A stretch of DNA of 64,000 nt from IMG/VR virus record IMGVR_UViG_3300046660_000488, positions 62,001-126,000 of that record; one strand, given 5' to 3'. The notes below the pieces were generated by a model. It searched no databases. It had not been told where the DNA came from and saw only the letters and a list, made by a program, of their open reading frames with translations. Position numbers and translations under genes: made by a program. The number at the start of each line of letters is the position of its first letter. Position 1 is the first letter of the stretch. This document shows positions 38,635 through 44,641 of this stretch, piece after piece.

Positions 38635-38723
38635 GCAGAGGCCACCTTCGGGTGGCCTTTGTGCTATTGACTTCCCGCCAAAACAGTATAGATTGGAATC
38701 TCAACTTCACGGGAGAGCCGATC

Positions 38724-39026
38724 TTGAGCCAAGTCGCCCAGACGATCATTGCCCAACTTGGTGGCCATCGCTTCATCGCGATGACTGGCGCCAAGCTGGT
38801 TCGTATGGAAGACGGCCTGATGATCAACCTGCCTCCCAAGATGAAGACCAAGGACCGGATCAACAAGGTCATCATCCGCCTCGACGTCGGCAAGGATGTG
38901 TACACGGTCACCTTCGGCCGGTTCTGGAAGCTCGACTTCAATCCCATCGTCGAGCTTGACCGGATCGAGGCTGAAGGCCTTCGCGATGCGTTCGAGCGCC
39001 ACACCGGCCTGCGGACCTCGCTGTGA
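38724..39026 (+). CDS. Conserved phage hypothetical protein
   Basis: VAQTIIAQLGG.RFIAMTGAK pattern; TTGACT promoter and GGAG RBS upstream of TTG. Confidence 0.75.
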   Translation: MSQVAQTIIAQLGGHRFIAMTGAKLVRMEDGLMINLPPKMKTKDRINKVIIRLDVGKDVYTVTFGRFWKLDFNPIVELDRIEAEGLRDAFERHTGLRTSL

Positions 39027-39517
39027 ACGTCACCACCATCGACCTCGAATTGATCCGGCCCAACGTCAACGGGGTGACCTATGGCGGCATGGGGCGCGTG
39101 TTCGCTCGCACGCCGACCCTCCTGCTGGTCTGGTTTAAGGGCGCGAACGTCAAGGGCGGCGGCTACGATTACATCTGGTCACCCGCGACCATGCGCGTTC
39201 TCGACCGCAAGGACCACGGGTCGCGCGGCCTGTCGCGCCGCATCTGCCAAGGCGAACGCCTGCACCAGCGCATCTTCACGCGGTTTGCCGACCAGATCGA
39301 CGAGCACCTTGGGGAAGGCTTCCACAAGCTGCTGGAGATCGACAAGACCGTCGTCGTGGGCGACAACGAGCCGTTCAGCAAGTACGGCCACGAAATGCCC
39401 ATCACCGGCCATGAATTCGGCTACGAGCACATGAAGGAACAGGAGAGCAAGCGCGCGGCTCTGATCGCGGCTGGCTACTCCGGCCTTGAGCTTGAAATGC
39501 TGGTGCAGCGCCTGTGA
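39023..39517 (+). CDS. Hypothetical protein
   Basis: GTGA overlap. Confidence 0.7.
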   Translation: MNVTTIDLELIRPNVNGVTYGGMGRVFARTPTLLLVWFKGANVKGGGYDYIWSPATMRVLDRKDHGSRGLSRRICQGERLHQRIFTRFADQIDEHLGEGFHKLLEIDKTVVVGDNEPFSKYGHEMPITGHEFGYEHMKEQESKRAALIAAGYSGLELEMLVQRL

Positions 39518-39771
39518 GTACGCTGGCCGACACCGCCGTCCGGATGATCAAGGCCAGCGGCCTCATGACCGTGGTCTGGGGTGATGGCATCCTCGTGGAC
39601 ATCTGCTTCAACGCCGGTGTCCCGTACGAGCATCCCCTGCACGCCATGCAGAAGACCCTCGCCGCGCTGGCCAAGGACGAACGCTTCGAGGCGTTCCATA
39701 TCCGTGGCAACGATTCCCGTGGCCGTCAGCGCCGAGTGCGCGCGTTCAAGCTGAAGGAAGCCTTCCGATGA
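39514..39771 (+). CDS. Hypothetical protein
   Basis: GTGA overlap. Confidence 0.7.
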   Translation: MSTLADTAVRMIKASGLMTVVWGDGILVDICFNAGVPYEHPLHAMQKTLAALAKDERFEAFHIRGNDSRGRQRRVRAFKLKEAFR

Positions 39772-39908
39772 CCGAAGCCCACAAGCAAGGCGAAGCCGCC
39801 TATAAGGCCGGGAAGTCCAGCACACAGAACCCCTACGCATCGGGGACGACGGAACACGACGATTGGCAAGAGGGCTGGTGGGAGACCAAGGATCGCTACA
39901 TGGGCTAA
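39768..39908 (+). CDS. Ribosome modulation factor (RMF/CrpP)-like protein, 46 aa, not in ORF track
   Basis: MTEAHKQGEAAYKAGKSSTQNPYASGTTEHDDWQEGWWETKDRYMG matches the A..xG..A..xG.....xPY......W..GW pattern; ATGA overlap with upstream gene. Confidence 0.75.
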   Translation: MTEAHKQGEAAYKAGKSSTQNPYASGTTEHDDWQEGWWETKDRYMG

Positions 39909-39991
39909 GCACAGTTTCTCAACTGTGCTGTCTTGACTTGCCTGTGGAATAGTGCATACTGTGTTTCTCGATCACAGATGGAGGTAACCGC

Positions 39992-40156
39992 GTGCCCAAC
40001 CCGAACGACTACAATTCCTCGGACGAGTACAAGGACGCGGTGGCCGTCTACATCGCGCAGACCAACGACCTCAGCGTCGCTCGGGCGCGACAAGGTCTGG
40101 AAACCCTGATCGCGCGCGGTCTGGTGGTCTTCCCCGAATTCAAGCGGGCGGCCTGA
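39992..40156 (+). CDS. Small hypothetical protein (54 aa), not in ORF track
   Basis: GGAGG RBS, GTG start, TTGACT..CATACT promoter upstream. Confidence 0.65.
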   Translation: MPNPNDYNSSDEYKDAVAVYIAQTNDLSVARARQGLETLIARGLVVFPEFKRAA

Positions 40157-40159
40157 ACC

Positions 40160-40576
40160 ATGAGGATGCCAGAAAAAGGCCCCAACCCGCGCTATCATGC
40201 GATCACGTCGGACCATGCGGCCCAGATCGTTCGCGACAGCGATCCCACCACGCCGCACATCATCTTCGGCGACCAAGTGGCCGTCCGCTCTGCTCTGGAG
40301 GCCACGGGCCTGCAAATCACGCAGATCAGCGGCGCTGAATTCGCGAGCGTCCGCACGACGCCGTTCAGCCCGACTGAACTGCGTGGCATCGTCCTGATCG
40401 ACGATGTCGCCAGCCTATCGGAAGACGACCTCTACTCGGCTTTCTACCACCTGAAGACCATTCGCGGCCTGCTGACGGCGCCGGTGGCTCTGTCGGTTCC
40501 GGTCGATTACACCTTGTGGGGAACGTCGGCCGCCAAGATCACCAACTTCCTGAATTTCCTGATCGTCGAGGATTGA
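40160..40576 (+). CDS. Hypothetical protein
   Basis: Operon packing. Confidence 0.65.
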   Translation: MRMPEKGPNPRYHAITSDHAAQIVRDSDPTTPHIIFGDQVAVRSALEATGLQITQISGAEFASVRTTPFSPTELRGIVLIDDVASLSEDDLYSAFYHLKTIRGLLTAPVALSVPVDYTLWGTSAAKITNFLNFLIVED

Positions 40577-40629
40577 TCCTCGTCAGCATTTGGTTTACCA
40601 AATTGGCCATCTTTTAACGAGGGTGGCCA

Positions 40630-41304
40630 ATGCGCTCCGACCAATTTGCTTTCTGGCTTCAGGGCTGGTTCGAGCTTAACGAAGAGGCCGGACAAACCGT
40701 CTTCGATTACGACAACGTCTACCAATGCCTCTACCCGTGCATTCGGTCGCACCTGAAGCTCGTGTTCGAGCTTGAGCCGAATCCCTCGAAGCTCTGTGTC
40801 TGGTTGGACGGCTATCTCGAAGCCGTCTACAACCCGTTCGATTTCACCAGCACCCATCTTCTGGCGATCAAGGCTCGGCTGGACAACGAGTTTATCCACG
40901 TCATCGACAAGAGCTACCCGCCGGAGAAGACGGCCGCTCTGAACGCGATCCACACGAAGAACCCTGCTCCACACGCCGCAGCGCCCGGCCTTGGTCCGTT
41001 CGTGGCCACCACGGTCGGCGCGCAGCCGGTCCATCCCGCAAAGGATGGCGGACCGGTCTCATTCCAGCCCAACATGGCTCAGATGTCGTTCTACGAGCAG
41101 ATGGTCAAGACCAACGGCGGCGGCGCGACCTTGAACGCCCTGATCGGCATGCTCCGCACCGAATTCGAGCGTGACCCCGGCCCGCACCCACATTCGTTCC
41201 AGTACGTGAAGGGCGAGAAAATGGGCTACGACGGCGTGACCAAGGACACGGGCCACCACATGAGCACGAACAACGAAGCCTATCATCCGGGCGCTCGCTG
41301 CTGA
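40630..41304 (+). CDS. Hypothetical protein
   Basis: FAFWLQGWFEL / WLDGYLE internal repeat; RBS GAGGG. Confidence 0.7.
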   Translation: MRSDQFAFWLQGWFELNEEAGQTVFDYDNVYQCLYPCIRSHLKLVFELEPNPSKLCVWLDGYLEAVYNPFDFTSTHLLAIKARLDNEFIHVIDKSYPPEKTAALNAIHTKNPAPHAAAPGLGPFVATTVGAQPVHPAKDGGPVSFQPNMAQMSFYEQMVKTNGGGATLNALIGMLRTEFERDPGPHPHSFQYVKGEKMGYDGVTKDTGHHMSTNNEAYHPGARC

Positions 41305-41349
41305 CCGCACAACGCGCTTGATCTGCCCCCCGGCGTCGGGCATAGGATC

Positions 41350-41428
41350 GGGCAGTACCTTACATAGGTGACGTGCTGAACATTCCCTTGGGAGCACGTG
41401 GCTGGTGCGATTCCGCCGGGTACACCCA
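41350..41428 (+). ncRNA. tRNA-like cloverleaf ending in CCA (non-canonical)
   Basis: GGG.GTACC/GGTAC.CCC acceptor-like stem, ACC/GGT arm, ACGTGCT/AGCACGT arm, GGTGCGATTCC T-loop-like arm. Confidence 0.45.
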
Positions 41429-41465
41429 TTTTCTTGTTGACGAGATTTCTCGCTCGACTATATGG

Positions 41466-41543
41466 TGACGATACAGCTTCGGCTGCTCGGGCTTCGGCCC
41501 CCACGTTCGCTTGGTGGCGCCCTAGCAGGCGAACGTGGCCCAA
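41466..41543 (+). ncRNA. Small structured RNA with two cUUCGg tetraloop hairpins
   Basis: CAGC-TTCG-GCTG, GGGC-TTCG-GCCC, CCACGTTCGC/GCGAACGTGG; TTGACG promoter immediately upstream. Confidence 0.5.
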
Positions 41544-41565
41544 AGTCGTTGACGAAAATAATTGT

Positions 41566-41594
41566 TGACGAGAAATAGGCGCTGTGACTAAATA
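41566..41594 (+). promoter_or_regulatory. Composite TTGACG / TAAATA promoter of the tRNA operon
   Basis: TTGACG-N17-TAAATA. Confidence 0.65.
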
Positions 41595-41691
41595 GAATTA
41601 TCAGCGGTGAGTGCGCGGGACTTTCAGTTACCCCGGATCACCGAAACTCAATCGCCCCAAGGGGCACAGACGACAGAAAGGGAATAGTGTT

Positions 41692-41784
41692 ATGACCACG
41701 ATCATCAGTTCACACTCGTATTGCTATTCCTCCAGCTATCATTCGGGTAGCGGGTTGCTGTCGTGCGAGGATTTCACGGGCTAA
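41692..41784 (+). CDS. Attenuator leader peptide (30 aa) MTTIISSHSYCYSSSYHSGSGLLSCEDFTG
   Basis: RBS GAAAGGGA; codons 6-18 are only Ser/His/Tyr/Cys, matching the downstream tRNA set; not in ORF track. Confidence 0.85.
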   Translation: MTTIISSHSYCYSSSYHSGSGLLSCEDFTG

Positions 41785-41811
41785 GGTCCAAGTCGAAATC
41801 ACCAAGTGAAC

Positions 41812-41884
41812 GCAACCCCGAGCACCCACACAGGTCCGGGGTTTTTCTTTGCCCCGTCGCCTGAAAAGGTTCCGGGGTTTTTTA
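41812..41884 (+). terminator. Tandem intrinsic terminators (attenuator) upstream of the tRNA cluster
   Basis: AACCCCG/CGGGGTT+TTTCTTT (41814-41850) and GCCCCG/CGGGGT+TTTTT (41851-41884); GCAACCC(41812-41818) can alternatively pair with GGGTTGC (41752-41758). Confidence 0.85.
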
Positions 41885-41932
41885 TTGTCTGAAAGGGTTA
41901 ACGAATGAAGTAAACAAGTCGATGTACTTTGC

Positions 41933-42024
41933 GGAGCCGTGGTAGAGAGGCTTATTGCACCCGTTTCGAAAGCGGGAGTGGTCGTAAAAACCCACCGAGG
42001 GTTCGAATCCCTCCGGCTCCGCCA
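41933..42024 (+). tRNA. tRNA-Ser(CGA)
   Basis: CCCGT-TTCGAAA-GCGGG, long variable arm, GGTTCGAATCC, G73-CCA. Confidence 0.95.
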
Positions 42025-42053
42025 AGTACATCGAATATCTGAAGCTCCTTCGC

Positions 42054-42143
42054 GGAGGGCGGGCAGGCCGGTAATGCAGCGCACTGCTAATGCGTACAGC
42101 CCTTCAAACGGCTGAGAGGGTTCGATTCCCTCGCCTTCCGCAA
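42054..42143 (+). tRNA. tRNA-Ser(GCT)
   Basis: GCGCA-CTGCTAA-TGCGT, long variable arm; 3' end GCAA (CCA not encoded). Confidence 0.92.
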
Positions 42144-42155
42144 AGGAGCTTCAAT

Positions 42156-42247
42156 GGAGCCGTGGCCGAGTGGCTTAAGGCGCTCGCTTGGAAAGCGAGT
42201 GTGGTCGTAAAAACCCACCGTGAGTTCGAATCTCACCGGCTCCGCCA
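42156..42247 (+). tRNA. tRNA-Ser(GGA)
   Basis: CTCGC-TTGGAAA-GCGAG; acceptor stem and variable arm identical to Ser(CGA). Confidence 0.95.
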
Positions 42248-42251
42248 ACAT

Positions 42252-42338
42252 GTTGTGATGACCGAGTGGTCGAAGGTGCGGGATTGCAACCCCCGTAGCG
42301 TAAAGCTCACGTGGGTTCGAATCCCACTCACAACTCCA
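42252..42338 (+). tRNA. tRNA-Cys(GCA) with atypical long variable arm
   Basis: CGGGA-TTGCAAC-CCCCG, U73-CCA, variable hairpin AGC-GTAAA-GCT. Confidence 0.88.
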
Positions 42339-42362
42339 AATACGCTCCGTGGTCTGTCTTGT

Positions 42363-42446
42363 GGGCAGGTGGGTGAGTGGCTGAAACCGGAGGACTGTAA
42401 CCCCTCTCTGAAAGGCGCGCTGGTTCGAATCCAGCTCTGCCTACCA
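42363..42446 (+). tRNA. tRNA-Tyr(GTA)
   Basis: GAGGA-CTGTAAC-CCCTC, variable arm, A73-CCA. Confidence 0.92.
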
Positions 42447-42478
42447 GTCAGACCACGGAGCAAAATGTTCTTTCTCAT

Positions 42479-42563
42479 GCACAGGTGGTGTGAGTGGTTT
42501 AAGCCGGGAGACTGTAAATCTCCTCCGAAAGGGACGCTGGTTCGAATCCAGCCCTGTGCACCA
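42479..42563 (+). tRNA. tRNA-Tyr(GTA), second copy
   Basis: GGAGA-CTGTAAA-TCTCC, A73-CCA. Confidence 0.94.
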
Positions 42564-42610
42564 GAAAGAACATTTGAGCCAGTCTAGCGAAAGCAAAGCT
42601 GGTTCATTTT

Positions 42611-42686
42611 GCTAGTGTAGCTCAGTTGGTAGAGCGTCGGCTTGTGGAGTCGATTGTCGCGGGTTCGAGCCCCGCCGCTAGTTCCA
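42611..42686 (+). tRNA. tRNA-His(GTG) lacking G-1 (G1.U72, U73)
   Basis: TCGGC-TTGTGGA-GTCGA; base -1 is T. Confidence 0.9.
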
Positions 42687-42739
42687 TTTCAACCCGAGCA
42701 TCCGGCAATTGTGCCGGTGCTCACAACAGGAGAAATATC

Positions 42740-42970
42740 GTGCAAGTCCAGACCCACACGCAATGCGTTCTGCGTCGCGCTACGGGGTCCACTCAAGTCT
42801 CGTGGATTCCGACCAAATTCGCTCAGGAAGGTCGTGTTCTCGAACTTGATGAAGATGGCCGTGCAAACGGCTGGACTGTCGCGGAAGTCTGGGGCTTCAA
42901 CATGCCCTCCAAGATCGTCTTCGAGCGTGAACGCGATTTCAAGAACCACCGCAAGGCGACCGACGTATGA
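42740..42970 (+). CDS. Hypothetical protein
   Basis: AGGAG RBS, GTG start. Confidence 0.65.
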   Translation: MQVQTHTQCVLRRATGSTQVSWIPTKFAQEGRVLELDEDGRANGWTVAEVWGFNMPSKIVFERERDFKNHRKATDV

Positions 42971-43134
42971 GCAAGCCCGACAAGAAAAAGGCCAAGCTCC
43001 AATCGGCGATCACCGCGCTAGAGGCCAAGCTGCAACAGTCCCTCGGGAAGAAGGACTCGCGCACCGTTGAAATCGACGTCCCCGGCACTCTGCGTCAGAT
43101 TGCCGTCCTGAAGAAGCAATTGGAGGCCGTGTAA
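42967..43134 (+). CDS. Small basic coiled-coil protein (55 aa), not in ORF track
   Basis: ATGA and TAATG overlaps with both neighbours. Confidence 0.7.
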   Translation: MSKPDKKKAKLQSAITALEAKLQQSLGKKDSRTVEIDVPGTLRQIAVLKKQLEAV

Positions 43135-43412
43135 TGGCTGGCCGGATCGAAACGTATACGCACAGCGACAAGTCGGTTCCCAACAAGGGAGGCGCCATTG
43201 TCGCAGTCCGCTCGCAGACCGATTTCGCGGCCCGCACGGACGAGTTCATAGCCTTCGCCCAGAAGGTCGCCAAGATGTCGTTCGCGGCTCAGGCAACCAA
43301 CTGGGAGGACGTCACGGCCGCCTTCCCCGATTTGGAAGATGAGCGTGTCGCCCTGACGAAGGCGATCAAGGAAAAGGTCGAGATCGACCAGATCGTCATC
43401 CTGACGATCTAA
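43134..43412 (+). CDS. tsf: Minimal elongation factor Ts core subdomain (92 aa)
   Basis: GRIETYTH...GGAIVAVRSQTDFAARTDEFIAFAQKVA matches EF-Ts G.I.SYIH...GVLVEVNCETDFVARNEEF..LA; KEKVEI matches GENIKV. Confidence 0.8.
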   Translation: MAGRIETYTHSDKSVPNKGGAIVAVRSQTDFAARTDEFIAFAQKVAKMSFAAQATNWEDVTAAFPDLEDERVALTKAIKEKVEIDQIVILTI

Positions 43413-43416
43413 GAGG

Positions 43417-43524
43417 TCTGGGTTGACTGAGTGGTCATAAGGTTGATCGGATACTAGAGAGCGGAGGTGGGTGTACCGGCCCAACACCAAGGCTCACGTG
43501 GGTTCGAATCCCACACCCGGAACA
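43417..43524 (+). tRNA. Aberrant tRNA-like gene with intact acceptor/D/T arms and an expanded, unpaired anticodon region
   Basis: TCTGGGT/ACCCGGA acceptor; T arm GTGGGTTCGAATCCCAC identical to the Cys tRNA at 42252; no canonical anticodon stem. Confidence 0.6.
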
Positions 43525-43541
43525 TTTACGAGGACAAGGAC

Positions 43542-44160
43542 ATGTTGAGAGGCACGAGAATTCTGGAAGGCGACGAAGCCGTCGCCTACGCTAAGGTGAT
43601 CGACACGCTGCGGGTGTGTCTTCATTGAAGCTGGCTTCGAGGAAGTGATCCTTCCGGCGATCTGGGAACAGCAGACCTTCATTGATAAGGCTGGCCCCGA
43701 GATCGTCAACCAGATGTGGGCATTCAAGGACAAGGGCGACCGCCCTGTCTGCCTCATCCCCGAAGTCACCGGTCTCGTGCAAGAGACTTGGCGGGATACA
43801 TGGTCGAAGACGTGCAAGTCCAAGCGCATCTTCTACGTCTCCCGCTGCTACCGCTACGAACGCCCCCAAGCTGGGCGCTACCGTGAATTCACACAGTTCG
43901 GGGTAGAGTTGCTTGGGGACGTTCCCGGCGGGACCGAAGAGGTCAAAGGTCTGCTGATCGCCGTGCTCGACAAGCTCGGCCTCAGTTACCGGTTCAGCGA
44001 CGCGGTCAAGCGAGGCTTGACCTACTATGTCGAGGACGGCTTCGAGGTCGAATGTGAGAGCTTGGGCGCCCAGAAGCAGATCGCCGGTGGCGGTCGATAC
44101 GCGGAAGGGATCGGGTGGGCCATTGGTGTGGACCGCCTGCTGCTCGCGCTCTCGAAGTAG
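43542..44160 (+). CDS. hisS: Catalytic-domain-only histidyl-tRNA synthetase, made via +1 frameshift at 43620-43625 (205 aa)
   Basis: Frame-0 MLRGTR...TLRVCL joins frame+1 IEAGFEEVILP, gapless against HisRS motif 1; motif 2 RYERPQAGRYREFTQ; motif 3 GGGRY..GWAIGVDRL; no anticodon-binding domain. Confidence 0.88.
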
Positions 44161-44167
44161 TTTCTAT

Positions 44168-44243
44168 GGTGGTGGTAGTTCAGCGGTAGAACGCCAGACT
44201 GTGACTCTGGATGTCGCGGGTTCGATCCCCGTCCATCACCCCA
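44168..44243 (+). tRNA. tRNA-His(GTG) with canonical G-1:C73
   Basis: G-GTGGTGG/CCATCAC-C-CCA; CCAGA-CTGTGAC-TCTGG. Confidence 0.95.
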
Positions 44244-44337
44244 AATTCTGGTTGACCAAATACCCCGGCGGGTGTTAGGTTGGCCAATCGATCAACTCCT
44301 CACGCTTGTATTTCATTGCAGCAAGAGGAGAAGAAAG

Positions 44338-44589
44338 ATGCAAGTTTTCGTACTGACCGAGTCGCATCACATCGCGTACGAGGGAACGTGGACCGTAGTC
44401 CAAGGCGTCTATCTGACGCGGGATGAAGCCTTCGCGAAAGTGAAGGAACGCCTGCCAAAGGAAGCCGACCATGGGCAAGAAAAGTTCATGATCGTTCGGA
44501 GCCGTAGTGCAGACGAGCAGTGGTTCAGGCTACGTGAAATGACCGTGGGCGAGTACCAAGGTCGTGACGTTCTGTTCTATGAAGACTAA
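44338..44589 (+). CDS. Hypothetical protein
   Basis: GAGGAG RBS; start MQVFVL. Confidence 0.7.
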   Translation: MQVFVLTESHHIAYEGTWTVVQGVYLTRDEAFAKVKERLPKEADHGQEKFMIVRSRSADEQWFRLREMTVGEYQGRDVLFYED

Positions 44590-44641
44590 CGAGTGGGCGG
44601 GCTTCGGTCCGCCCATTCCACCCGCCGGACCGACGTGATAC

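Noticed and set aside
41710-42587. Track ORFs 41710-42084, 42090-42587 and 42233-42478
   Set aside because: They overlap clear tRNA genes and the attenuator; not protein-like.
42967-43134. 55-aa ORF as the split N-terminal domain of EF-Ts
   Set aside because: Lacks the LRxxTGAGMMDCKKAL signature; kept as an unknown coiled-coil protein.
43645-44160. Track start of the HisRS ORF at GTG 43645
   Set aside because: It would lack motif 1. The RBS and homologous N-terminus lie in another frame at 43542, so a frameshift is the better model.
44158-44243. Amber readthrough restoring a HisRS anticodon-binding domain
   Set aside because: The TAG is followed by the tRNA-His gene and another in-frame TAG within six codons.
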